From the NCBI GenBank assembly GCA_965262915.1, contig OZ253564.1:1920001-1984000 (forward strand): a stretch of 64,000 nt of DNA, given 5' to 3'. Both the position numbers and the translations under genes were made by a program. How positions within the stretch are numbered: position 1 is the first letter of the stretch; the number at the start of each line of letters is the position of its first letter. Below, piece by piece: positions 1 to 13,350 of the stretch. Source of the stretch: Candidatus Spongiisociaceae bacterium. Its GTDB lineage: Bacteria; Actinomycetota; Acidimicrobiia; Spongiisociales; Spongiisociaceae. The notes beneath the pieces are model-generated. The model was not told the DNA's origin. It worked only from the letters and a program-made list of their open reading frames with translations, and did not search any database.

Positions 1-474
1 GACTTCAACGACGGTGATTACCTGGGTGCCGACCACATCCTCGCCGAGGAATACGGATTCGGTTGCGCGGGCGGCAACCGGTCACCCCATCTTTCGTGGT
101 CGGGTGCCCCGGAGGGCACCGGCAGCTTCGCGGTTAGCTGCTACGACCCGGACGCTCCGACCGGGTCGGGCTTCTGGCACTGGGTGGTGGTGAACATACC
201 CGCCGACGTGACCGCACTAGCCACGGGCGCCGGGGACGGGTCCGGCATCCCCGCCGGCGCCCTACAGACCCGTACGGACTTCGGCCAACCCGGGTACGGA
301 GGACCCTGCCCGCCCGCGGGGGACCATCCCCATCGTTACCTGTTCACGGTTCATGCGGTGGGCGTCGACGCACTACCGGTGGACGCCGACACCATGCCCG
401 CGGTGGTCGGTTTCATGCTCCACTTCAACACGCTCGAGAAGGCGGCACTGATGGGGCTGTACAAGCGCGGGTAG
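1..474 (+). CDS. YbhB/YbcL family Raf kinase inhibitor-like (PEBP) protein, 5'-truncated by window edge
   Basis: Frame 1 is open from base 1: GGNRSPHLSWSGAPEGT..YDPDAPTGSGFWHWVV..YGGPCPPAGDHPHRYLFTVHA, typical PEBP motifs. Confidence 0.9.
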   Translation, partial: DFNDGDYLGADHILAEEYGFGCAGGNRSPHLSWSGAPEGTGSFAVSCYDPDAPTGSGFWHWVVVNIPADVTALATGAGDGSGIPAGALQTRTDFGQPGYGGPCPPAGDHPHRYLFTVHAVGVDALPVDADTMPAVVGFMLHFNTLEKAALMGLYKRG

Positions 475-556
475 CGGATACACATCCCGTAGCGGTTCCT
501 CCCGGTGTCTGATGGCCGCGCATCGGGGTAGCCTGCTGTGTGCTCCAGGAGTGGTC

Positions 557-671
557 CAGGATGGTGCTGAAAATCGAATCCTGCGGGGTTCGCAGGTCGA
601 CAAACTACCTGGTCTGAGAGTTGTGGGCTAGCGTGCGAACCCGTTTGTACGGGCTTTTCAGCACCATCCTG
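557..671. mobile_element. MITE-like element (115 bp) with 17-bp perfect terminal inverted repeats
   Basis: CAGGATGGTGCTGAAAA at 557 and TTTTCAGCACCATCCTG ending at 671; non-coding interior; TIR resembles those at 14576 and 18430. Confidence 0.65.
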
Positions 672-787
672 AAACGGTGGAGAGCAACGGCCCTTCTTCC
701 TCTGAACAGGCATTGTGTCATCGGTCGAGGGGCCGTGAAGGCGTTTCACACCACCCTCCCGGTGTCCGCCGCCCGGGTCACCAGGCC

Positions 788-1654
788 ATGATCCGGGCGG
801 CGCTCTGGCTCTTTTCGGAGCTACTGGTGTTGTTCCTCGGGGTGTCCTTCGGGCTCACGCTGCTGAGGCGCCGTCTCGGTGACGAACGTCTGCGGTCGCT
901 GATGGGCGCCTCTCCGCTCGGGGCTGCCCTGCGCGGGATCGCGATCGGGTTCGTCACTCCCTTCTGCACCTACTCCGCCATACCGGTGCTGGTATCACTC
1001 CGCCAGGCCGGTGTGTCCGCGGCCGGTTACGTGGCTTTCATCGTGGCCGCCCCGGTGCTCGATCCGGTGCTGTTCGGAGCTCTGGCCATCATCGTGGGGT
1101 TTCCCGCGCGATGATCTACCTGGTAGTGGCCTTTGCGGCGGCGCTGATGCTGGCCTTGTTGGCCGAAAGGGTGGATCTGGACCGGTTCATGAAGCCGCTC
1201 CGAGCAGGCGTCAACGGGCTCGGCCACAACCCGGGAACCGATGGCACACCTTGGCGGGGACTGCGCCGCGAATGGCGGCCCGCGATGCAGTCCTCCGGGG
1301 TCTTGCTCCGTACGATGCTCCCCCTGCTCGTCGTGGGTATCGGCATCGGAATGGCCATCACCGCTTTCCTTCCGGCGGAAGCCGTGGCCCGCGTCCCGAG
1401 TCTGTCGGGCGGGCAGGCGATACCGGCGGCCGCCGCGGTCGGAACGTTCTTCTACATCAATACCGAGTTGTTCGTTCCCATCGCCGACGCCCTGAGATCC
1501 GCCGGGATCGGGATTGGCGCCATAGTCGCCCTGACCATCGCCGGAGCAGGCGCCAACGTCCCTGAGTTCGTGATCCTGGCGCGCCTCACCACCCGGAGGG
1601 TCCTGGCGGTATTCGGTGGTTATGTCTTCACGGTCGCGATGGCCGGCTGGGTGA
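788..1654 (+). pseudogene. ArsP/DUF318-family permease, frameshifted near 1105 (possibly sequencing indel)
   Basis: ORF 677..1114 carries GFVTPFCTYSAIPV; ORF 1111.. continues with a second hydrophobic half (FFYINTELFVPIA, GANVPEFVIL); no in-frame stop before the RDD sequence. Confidence 0.65.
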
Positions 1655-2116
1655 CCCTGGGCAATGGCGATGTGCGCGAGCTGGCCAACCTCGGTAGCCG
1701 GTTGGGGGCGAGGATCCTCGACTGGATCCTCGTCGGGGTGGTTGTCGCGGTCCTAGCGGTGATCGGCATAGTCGACGCTATCGCATCCGGGGATGGGGCA
1801 ACCTTCATCGGGGTCGTGTTCGGGCTTGCGCTCACGGTCCTCGTGATAACCCTCCTCTACGAGATGACGATGATCGCTCTCCGGGGCCAGACCCGTCGGC
1901 AAGATGATGGTCGGGATCAAAGTGGTACGGGCCGACGACGGTGGTATACGCGGTTGGGGAAAGTCGATCGGCCGCTGGATGGTTCTGGTGCTACCCAGTC
2001 TGATTCCTATCGGGGGCTTCCTGCTGGTCCTTCTCGTGTACCTGTCACCGACCTTCGACGATCGTCGCCAGGGCTGGCACGACAAGGCAGCAGCCACGGT
2101 CGTCGTCAGGTCGTAG
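1651..2116 (+). pseudogene. RDD family membrane protein, frameshifted near 1895
   Basis: LANLGSRLGARILD..RGQT / GKMMVGIKVV..RRQGWHDKAAATVVV split over two frames by an extra C in cagacccgtc. Confidence 0.75.
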
Positions 2117-2204
2117 GACACGACCGCTCTTTCTGGACGGAAGGTTTGCACCGGCTGACAGGCGTCAACTCATTCACGGCCCGTTGCTCGGGTGGAAGTA
2201 ACGA

Positions 2205-3682
2205 CTATTCGCCTCGACGCCACAGATCGAGTGCTTGGAGCAGGTACTTGTCGAGCCAGGGATCGAACCGCGCCTGTACTGCTTCCAAGGATTCCAGGTA
2301 GTTGATCTGGAAGACCCCAAAGGAAAGAGTTCCTTGCTGACAGTGTGGAGGTCTTCGATCGTCGAGTGACCTTCGTCGGCCTCGGGTTTTCGATAGAAGC
2401 AAAGCGAAACGCCGACAATACCCCGGTACTCGCGCCCGATCCCGTGGAACGATAGAACGATTTCGGAACGTCCGGTCTCTGTCTCCAGCACGATACGCCG
2501 CCAACCGCTGAACTCGCCGATGTTCGCGTGGTATCCGAGATCTTTGGCTGCTTTGATGATCTGGGCGCGGTGCCAACGTCGTCGGTATTTCGTTTCGCTC
2601 GGCGCACTGTAATCATCGAATACGTTGCGCTCGGAGGGGCCGCGGATCGCTTCGCCGAGTTGTCCGGATGCTTTGGCGAACGTAATTCCTGCCTGGCTCC
2701 ATAGGGCGTCCGCATGATCCTTCGCTTGGTCCATATTCCTGGCCAACGCCTCGTCCCGCTTACGAAAGTGGTCACCGATAGCAGCCACCATCTGATCGAG
2801 GTGCTCTCCCGCTCGTAGAACCTCGCGCGCAATTCCGAGTGCATTCACGAAGGCCTTGCGTTGGGTGGCGGCGAACATCTCGATGAGCGGTAAGAGATTT
2901 CCTCGGTCGGCTACTTCGAGAGCGTCTATGTAATCGGTCCGCTGATCGCGGTGGATTATTAGAGGGAACCATCCCTGTCTCAGGAACACGAGGGAAGCTA
3001 GTGCCCGGGCAACGCGGCCGTTTCCGTCCTGGAAGGGATGGATCTGCACGAAGCGATGGTGCAGCCAGGCCGCGAACACCTCCGGCGCGACGCCCTCCTC
3101 GCTGTAACGATCATGGAACTCGACGAGACGTTCCATCTCGACCGTGACCTGTTCAGGATGACAGTAATCGTGCACAGAACCGTCCGCTCGAGTCGGATTG
3201 TTGGGCCACTTCTTGTAGGCGCCGCGCAGCAGTGGAACCTCCACTTTGCGACCAGACGCAATCCCTGTGGCAGTGTCCTGGCTGCGCGTGATCAGTGCAT
3301 GGAGTTCCTTGATGAAGGACTCGGAGAACGGGCGTTCAGATTTGACGAACTCGAAGAGCCAATCGATCGCGTCCTTCTGGTCGTGGATGTGGGCCGCCAC
3401 CTGGGCGGGCGGTCTGTCCGTGGCGTCGTGGGAGATGAGCGATTCGTCGATACCCCGTTCGATCAGCAACCTCGTTATACCGCGGTCGAGTGTGTAGAGA
3501 CCCTCGAGGATGCCGGTCTCGATCGCCCACTCGCGCGCCAACCGCTCGTTGAAATCCTTGAGACTCTCGGTCTCGAGCAGTGATTCACGCTGCTCGGACC
3601 AGACCGCTATCAGCGGTGGCAGTTCCCGACTGGCCAACTCCTCCCAGCCGTCTCCGAGTCCGGTGATCGGTTCCCATGCCAT
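2205..3682 (-). CDS. Fic-domain AMP transferase (class II type) with long C-terminal extension; tail frameshifted near 2320
   Basis: Canonical HPFQDGNGRVAR motif; N-terminal inhibitory-like TGILEG; protein-like tail FQINYLESLEAVQARFDPWLDKYLLQALDLWRRGE continues in another frame to 2205. Confidence 0.85.
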
Positions 3683-3767
3683 CCGGTCGTTCCTATCCGA
3701 TCGAGGCTCCGCGCAACCCCGGCGTGCTTCTCATGCTATTCCCCGCGGGATCGAGCTAGTGCCGGAG

Positions 3768-4281
3768 TCAGATATCGGTGATCTCGAGCAAATGGTCGAG
3801 GCCACCGAAGTCTCTTGCTGTTGCGTGTCGGCAGGGGTAGGTTCGCGGCGAGCGCGGTGGCGGCTATGAGGAGGTCGACCGCGCGGGTACCTCTCGCCTT
3901 CCTGTCGCTCGCGGTGACCGCAGCGGCGACGCGGCCGTAGGCACGGGCGGCGCCCATATCGAAGGGGATCGGGTGGAAGAAGGCTTCGGCTCGTTGGACG
4001 TGCTCCTGCCGCCGTGCGCCTTCGTGGGAGTCTTTGGTGGCATGGGGAGCGGCGGCTAGTTCGGCGAGGGTGATTGCGCTGATGGCCAAATCGATCGGCA
4101 ATCGGGCCGGATCTAGTCCGTACAGGTCGATCACAACGTAGGTCGGCGACGTCTCAGCGGTTTGAGTTCTCTGATTGGACCACCGTTGCGGATCGCTATG
4201 AATCTCCTGCCCCTCGTTCAACTCGCGCATGATCCTGGCGCTGTTGTTACGTAGTTCTCGTTGACTGATGTTACGCGGCAC
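3768..4281 (-). pseudogene. vapBC: Decayed VapBC toxin-antitoxin pair (Phd-type antitoxin N-terminus joined to a PIN toxin lacking its N-terminus)
   Basis: ISQRELRNNSARIMREL (Phd/YefM-like), alternative frame FIAIRNGGPIRELKPLRRR, then PIN motifs ISAITLAEL, DLLIAATALAANLPL.TRN and frameshifted DFGGLDHLLEI. Confidence 0.75.
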
Positions 4282-4366
4282 GCAGTGGCCGTAGCACACC
4301 GTGCTACGGGTACATATGGCCCTTCAGCGTTCGTTGTGGTGTCGATACGCTCCAGACCCGGACCGG

Positions 4367-7774
<3,408 letters not shown>

Positions 7775-7856
7775 GTTGCCCTCCCCTACGAAGCCCCCCG
7801 TGGCCGTACTTGACGCCTTTTCTCCCGGGTCGTATCCCGAAGGAACAGGACCAAAC

Positions 7857-7885
7857 AATGTAATGACACCCTTGTAGTTTGTCAA
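7857..7885 (-). promoter_or_regulatory. Housekeeping sigma70-type promoter of nrdJ
   Basis: Minus strand TTGACA (7885-7880), 17-bp spacer, TACATT (7862-7857), about 80 bp upstream of the start codon. Confidence 0.8.
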
Positions 7886-8118
7886 GCCACATCCCGTCCG
7901 TCATGCTTGCCACTTGCATTTTCGATACGCCTGCGAGCCGGATGAGCCTGAAATTACCCACCCGAAGGAGCGAAGCGGTGGTCCAAGGGAAGAGGGGCGG
8001 ACCGCCCCGGGGAGTTGGGGAAGTTTACACGCCCCGCAATGGGGGGCGTCGTACTAGTGGACCCGATCCTGCCTCGTGCCTGCGATTTCTCCGGTGCCTC
8101 GCCTTCCCATCCACTCAC

Positions 8119-8898
8119 TCAATCCGATCTCGGGTACAGGGTCTCGGTGTGGCCGTCCACCGCGATGGTCTGGCCGCTGATATGCCTTGCGCACCGGGAT
8201 GCCAGGTACACGACCACGGCGGCGACCTCCTCGGGCGAGACGAAGGTACCCATCGAGGTACCGCTCGCATAGGAGGCGCGCACTTCGGATCGGGAAAGGC
8301 CCTCGGCCTCGGCATGGGCCTCGACGACACGCTCCATCCTGTCGCCGGTGATCGCCCCGGGGGCGATGGCGTTCACGCGGATGTTGTGACGACCCAGTTC
8401 CATCGCCAGGGCCTTGGTGAGCCCGATCACGCCGAACTTGGCGGCCACGTAGGGCGCCCGGTAGGGCATGCCCATGATCCCCGCGGTCGAGGCGATATTG
8501 ATGATCGCACCTGCCTTTCGGGACTTCATACCGGGGACGACCCGTCGCGCGCAGTGGAACTGGCTGTCGAGACCCACCGCCAGGCATCGGCGCCACTCCT
8601 CCGGGGTCACCTGCTCGACCGGTCCGGTGGGTCCGGCCGTCCCGGCGTTGTTCACCAGGACGTCGATGCCTCCCTCCGCGATCGGGTCCAGCCAGGCGGC
8701 CACCGCGCCGGCGTCCGATACATCGACCCAGGCGCCCTCCAGATGGCCGGGTAGCGCCTCCAGCGCCGGCCCGTCTATGTCACATACGAACACGTCGGCG
8801 CCTTCGGCGGAAAGGGCCGTCGCGATGACGAGACCGAGCCCGCCCGCTCCGGCCGTCACCACGGCGCGCTGCCCATCGAGTCGGGTGTCCATGAACAT
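8119..8898 (-). CDS. Short-chain dehydrogenase/reductase
   Basis: TAGAGGLG, NNAG, YVAAK, NAIAPG, GQTIAVDG. Confidence 0.93.
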   Translation of the reverse strand: MFMDTRLDGQRAVVTAGAGGLGLVIATALSAEGADVFVCDIDGPALEALPGHLEGAWVDVSDAGAVAAWLDPIAEGGIDVLVNNAGTAGPTGPVEQVTPEEWRRCLAVGLDSQFHCARRVVPGMKSRKAGAIINIASTAGIMGMPYRAPYVAAKFGVIGLTKALAMELGRHNIRVNAIAPGAITGDRMERVVEAHAEAEGLSRSEVRASYASGTSMGTFVSPEEVAAVVVYLASRCARHISGQTIAVDGHTETLYPRSD

Positions 8899-8923
8899 GG
8901 CAGCTTATCCGGGGTTGTCCTGC

Positions 8924-9125
8924 TAGTGGTCTGCCACGCTGCGTCTAACAGACAGAACACAGTGGTCTGTCTGCAGAGCAACTTGGCGTGCTCTGCTTGC
9001 CATCGACGTCCCTCGCCGCGTTCCACCTCCTCGACATACCGCGGCGGGTACGCCTTCGTCGGCGGGCCTTGCGAGGAACGCCGCTGCGGGCGCATGTCAC
9101 GCCGCCACTTCACAGACAGACCACT
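8924..9125. mobile_element. MITE-like element family A (165-bp unit 8961-9125 plus a mini copy 8924-8960)
   Basis: TIRs AGTGGTCTGTCTG / CAGACAGACCACT; diverged inverted copy at 14408-14572. Confidence 0.65.
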
Positions 9126-9185
9126 ACCAGGTAGCAGACGGCGCATAATCGTTCCATCCGGTCGGACAGCCGATAGAATCTGCGG

Positions 9186-10430
9186 ATGGATCTTTATGCC
9201 CGAGTCAACATCCTCGAGGGTCGCGCGGTTCGCCTCGGTCGTGGCAGTCTCGACGATGTCATATCGCTGGACGCCGATCCCCTCAACCGGGCTAGGGGCT
9301 GGGTCGACATGGGAGTGGACTACCTGCTGGTTGTCGACCTCGACGCCGCCGCCTACCGCTCGTATCGCAATCGGCCCCTGATCGATCGGATGCTGGACTC
9401 ATTGGATGTGCCCGTCGTGGTCGCGGGCGGGATCCGGTCGGAACGCGAAGCCGCCCGGTTGATCCAGCGAGGTGCCTGGAAGGTGACCATGGGTACGGCG
9501 GCCATCGAACGCCCGACCATGGTGTGGGATCTGTGCCGAGATTACCCCGGTCGGATGATGGTCTCCCTCGATGTGCTCGAGAACGAGGAGTTGGTCACAC
9601 GTGGCTGGACTTCCGATTCGGGCCGGTTTCTCGAAGAGGTGATGCTCGAGATGGCATCGTGCGGAGCAAGTGGCTTTCTGGTCGCCGACGCCAGGCGTGA
9701 CGTGTTGAGCGAAGCACCGAATGTCGAGATCCTCCGGACGGCGCTCGAATACGTGGACGAGCCGGTCATCGCGTCCGGAGGCGTGAGGCATCTCGACGAT
9801 CTCCGGATGCTCGCTTCGATCGAAGTCGAGGGTCGCTCCCTGGCAGGCCTGGTGGTCGGTCGCGAGGTGACCGAAGGACGGTTCACCATCGGGCAGGCCA
9901 AGGCCGTGCTCAGCGGACCTGCCCGAGTGCCCTCCCAGGTGCGGCAGATGCGGGTGGTCATCCCCTGCAGCGACATCGATCAGAGCATCGAGTTCTATCA
10001 GAGAACCCTCGGCCTGCCCCGTCTGGACATGTTCGAGCGCGAGGACGTGCGAGAGATCCCGCTGCAGTGGGGGGACGGACACGGGAACGTGATGAAGGTG
10101 GGCGACGGGCGCCTGTCGCTGGAGCTGTCCAGGTACCGTCGCCTGACCGATCGGGGCGTGTTGCTCGAGGTAAGCGACGGGAGGCTGCTGGAACTGGTCT
10201 CGGACAGCGACGCCGGCGATGCGTACGCGGACGGATACAGGTGCCGGCTGGTTTTGGTGGTGGACGATGTCGGGGCGTGGCGCGATCGCATCGGACGGCT
10301 CGGTCACATACCGATGCAGTCCGCCGACGCCTCGCCCGGGTCGTTCGAGATCCGTGGTCCCGACGGTGTTGCGGTGACGATCTCCGAACCGCTTGGTTTG
10401 CGGACATCCGAAGTGGGCCGTGTCGTCTAG
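9186..10430 (+). CDS. HisA/HisF-like TIM barrel fused to a C-terminal VOC/glyoxalase-like domain
   Basis: GRAVRL, VVDLDAA, VAGGIRS, MGTAA, VSLDV, IASGGV; tail VIPCSDIDQSIEFYQRTLGL..LVVDDV..RGPDGVAVTI. Confidence 0.8.
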   Translation: MDLYARVNILEGRAVRLGRGSLDDVISLDADPLNRARGWVDMGVDYLLVVDLDAAAYRSYRNRPLIDRMLDSLDVPVVVAGGIRSEREAARLIQRGAWKVTMGTAAIERPTMVWDLCRDYPGRMMVSLDVLENEELVTRGWTSDSGRFLEEVMLEMASCGASGFLVADARRDVLSEAPNVEILRTALEYVDEPVIASGGVRHLDDLRMLASIEVEGRSLAGLVVGREVTEGRFTIGQAKAVLSGPARVPSQVRQMRVVIPCSDIDQSIEFYQRTLGLPRLDMFEREDVREIPLQWGDGHGNVMKVGDGRLSLELSRYRRLTDRGVLLEVSDGRLLELVSDSDAGDAYADGYRCRLVLVVDDVGAWRDRIGRLGHIPMQSADASPGSFEIRGPDGVAVTISEPLGLRTSEVGRVV

Positions 10431-10460
10431 CGAGCGAGTTCGGTGTAGAGGAGGATTGGT

Positions 10461-11240
10461 GTGAAGATCGGTTGGAGCAGTACACCGCTGCCTGTCCTGT
10501 TGCTGGTCGCGACCCTGGTCCTGGCGGCCTGCGAATTCCGCATCCATGCAGACCTGGTGATCGAGGACGACGAGACCGGAACGCTGTCGGTCGAGTTGTC
10601 GATGGACGAGGAGCTCGCAGCGCTGGCGGGTAGTGGCTTCGGTGGTGTAGTGGCCATCGGCGAGGACATGGTTCCATCCGGCTGGGCCGCCGACTTGGTG
10701 TCAGAAGGTGGGTACGAGGGCATTCGCTCCTCGACCGGGTTCGAGTCTCTCGACGGCCTCAGAGGGCGGCTGGAGGATCTGGTCGACGAGGCCGGCACCG
10801 CCGGCACCCCGCTGCCGGCTTTCCTCTCCGACATCTCCCCCAATCGAGACGGAGATACGTTCATCTTCCGCCTGGTGATCCCTGAGGCGGTCGAGGATCT
10901 GATCGGGGCGGGGTTGGAGGAGAGCCCCATACCGGTCGACTTGGCCACGCTCGACACGGTGTTCGATATCCGACTGACCATGGTGCTTCCGGGAGAACTC
11001 GTCACGAACAACGCCGATGTGGTGACCGGAGAGACCCTCGTATGGAACGTCTCGCTGACCGACGCCGGCAGGGTTCTCGAGGCCGAGTCGGAACTGCCCG
11101 GTCCCGACCGGACCAGGTTCATCGCGTGGGCGGCCGTAGCGCTCGCGCTCGTGATCGCCGCCTATATCGTGGTCAAGTTGCGCAAGCGCCGGCGGGCGGC
11201 GGTCCGCGACCGGGCGCAAGAACCGCCCGTGAGTTCCTGA
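10461..11240 (+). CDS. LppM-like (DUF3153-type) lipoprotein with C-terminal membrane anchor
   Basis: Lipobox LAAC; LPGELVTNNA..GETLVW; C-terminal hydrophobic helix followed by RKRRR. Confidence 0.7.
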   Translation: MKIGWSSTPLPVLLLVATLVLAACEFRIHADLVIEDDETGTLSVELSMDEELAALAGSGFGGVVAIGEDMVPSGWAADLVSEGGYEGIRSSTGFESLDGLRGRLEDLVDEAGTAGTPLPAFLSDISPNRDGDTFIFRLVIPEAVEDLIGAGLEESPIPVDLATLDTVFDIRLTMVLPGELVTNNADVVTGETLVWNVSLTDAGRVLEAESELPGPDRTRFIAWAAVALALVIAAYIVVKLRKRRRAAVRDRAQEPPVSS

Positions 11241-11325
11241 ACCGCGATTACCCGTCCGGACCGGCGGGTATCCGCCGGCTTGTGAGATACTGGACCGGCC
11301 AAGTGCGCTCCGCGGGGGAGGCTAC

Positions 11326-12765
11326 GTGAGGTTCATCGACGATCTGGCGCCGCGCCACGAGTTGACCTACTCGGATGTGTTCCTGGCGCCTTCGTTCTCG
11401 GATGTCGGTTCCCGGATGGATGTGGACCTGACCACTCCCGACGGGATCGGTACCAACATCCCGGTAGTGGTCGCCAACATGACCGCCGTGGCGGGCCGCC
11501 GCATGGCCGAGACAGTGGCCAGACGCGGTGCGATGGCGGTATTCCCCCAAGACGTTGAGGTCGACGCCATCGCCGATATGGTTGCCTCCGTGAAGCGGGC
11601 CCATCTGGTGGTGGACACCGCCATAACGCTGCGCCCCCAAGACACCATCGTCACGGCCCGGGCGCTGATCAACAAACGATCCCACCGGGCGGTGATCGTT
11701 GTGGATGGCGGGAATCGACCCGTCGGGATCTTCACCGAGGTCGACCAGGAGGGCGCCGACCCCTTCACCCAGCTGGCGGATGTGATGTCGCAGGACCCGA
11801 TCGTCCTCTCCGTCGATCTGGGTCCGGAGGCCATGTTCAACGCCCTGAACCGGCGCCGGATCCACCTCGCGCCGGTGGTGGAGGGATCGGGCCGGTTGGT
11901 GGGCGTCATCACCGAACAGGGCGCCCTCCGGGCCACCCTGTACGAGCCGGCTGTGGACGGACGCGAAAGCTTGCTGGTGGCTGCCGCCGTCGGGATCAGC
12001 GGCAAGGCGGGAGCGAAGGCGGCCGAGCTGGTCGACGTGGGGGTGGACGTTCTGGTTGTCGATACAGCGCACGGGCACCAGGCGAGGATGCTCAAGGCGC
12101 TCAAGGAGGTCCGCTCGGCCGTCGACGGTGTTCCGATCGTGGCGGGCAACGTGGTCACGAGCCGGGGTGTGAACGACCTCGTGGATGCCGGGGCGGATAT
12201 CGTCAAGGTCGGTGTGGGGCCGGGCGCTATGTGCACCACGAGGATGATGACAGGAGTCGGCCGTCCCCAGTTCTCGGCTGTTGCCGAGTGTGCGGCGACG
12301 GCCAGGGCGCGGGGCCGGCATGTGTGGGCGGACGGGGGTCTGCGCCATCCCCGCGATGTCGCGCTGGCGCTGGCCGCCGGAGCGGCCGGTGTGATGATCG
12401 GGTCGTGGTTTGCCGGTACCTACGAGTCGGCGGCAGAGGCGGTGCCCGACCGGAGCGGGCGGATCTACAAGGAGAACTACGGGATGGCGTCACGGCGGGC
12501 GGTGAGCCGGCGCGCCCGCAACGACACGCCCTACCAGAGGGCGCTCAAGACGCTGTTCGAGGAGGGCATCTCCGAGTCGCGCATGTATGTGGATCCGGAG
12601 GCGCCCGGTGTGGAGGACCTGATCGATCGCATCACGGCCGGCGTGAGGTCTGCATTTACCTATGCCGGCGCCCGGAACATCGACGAGTTCCACGAAAGGG
12701 CGGTCATCGGCGTCCAATCGATGGCCGGATACACCGAGGGCCAACCCCTCGAAGACGGCTGGTAG
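11326..12765 (+). CDS. guaB1: GuaB1-family IMPDH-like protein with CBS domains (GMP reductase in mycobacteria)
   Basis: LTYSDVF, VVANMTAVAGRRMAET, DTAHGHQ, GVGPGAMCTTR, YGMAS, FEEGIS. Confidence 0.92.
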   Translation: MRFIDDLAPRHELTYSDVFLAPSFSDVGSRMDVDLTTPDGIGTNIPVVVANMTAVAGRRMAETVARRGAMAVFPQDVEVDAIADMVASVKRAHLVVDTAITLRPQDTIVTARALINKRSHRAVIVVDGGNRPVGIFTEVDQEGADPFTQLADVMSQDPIVLSVDLGPEAMFNALNRRRIHLAPVVEGSGRLVGVITEQGALRATLYEPAVDGRESLLVAAAVGISGKAGAKAAELVDVGVDVLVVDTAHGHQARMLKALKEVRSAVDGVPIVAGNVVTSRGVNDLVDAGADIVKVGVGPGAMCTTRMMTGVGRPQFSAVAECAATARARGRHVWADGGLRHPRDVALALAAGAAGVMIGSWFAGTYESAAEAVPDRSGRIYKENYGMASRRAVSRRARNDTPYQRALKTLFEEGISESRMYVDPEAPGVEDLIDRITAGVRSAFTYAGARNIDEFHERAVIGVQSMAGYTEGQPLEDGW

Positions 12766-12857
12766 AGGCATCGAGCGGCGCTCGGTAACAGGTGAGCGGC
12801 CAGGATGTCGTTCGCTACGGTTGACCGGTACCCCAAGGGCCGTCAGGGGAGTGGACG

Positions 12858-13229
12858 ATGAAACCGGTCGAGATCACGGTTACCTGCGGCAGCGCCGAAG
12901 AGGCTGGCCGGATAATGCACGCAGTGGTCGAGCAACGGCTCGCCGCCTGCGGGCAGACCTGGCCCATCCGCAGCTGCTACCGATGGCAGGGAGGGGTCGT
13001 CACCGACGAGGAGCACGTGCTCCTGATGAAGTCGGTCGACATGCATTTCGAGGCAATCTGCGAGGTGATCGCACTGCTGCACGGCTACGAGTTGCCTTCC
13101 GTGGTGATGATCCCGCTGACGGGTCACGGGCCCGGTTACCTGGACTGGCTGCTCGAGGCGACGGGTCTGAACCCTCCCTCCCCACCGGTCGGCGGGCCGG
13201 CCGACCGGCTCCCGACGCGACCCGAGTGA
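12858..13229 (+). CDS. cutA: Divalent-cation tolerance protein CutA
   Basis: VEQRLAAC, SCYRWQG, LHGYELP, YLDWL. Confidence 0.9.
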   Translation: MKPVEITVTCGSAEEAGRIMHAVVEQRLAACGQTWPIRSCYRWQGGVVTDEEHVLLMKSVDMHFEAICEVIALLHGYELPSVVMIPLTGHGPGYLDWLLEATGLNPPSPPVGGPADRLPTRPE

Positions 13230-13350
13230 AGCGACAACTCCGTAACGAGACACCGGGAGCGGGTGTCGGGGCGCTCGGCGGGAGTCCCCGCGCCCGGCCA
13301 GGGTCGAAATGGCGCTTGCCCGAGACGAATTCCGAGTAGCCTTCGGGTGG

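Noticed and set aside
7860-7900. NrdR boxes upstream of nrdJ
   Set aside because: Only weak partial matches to the palindromic consensus
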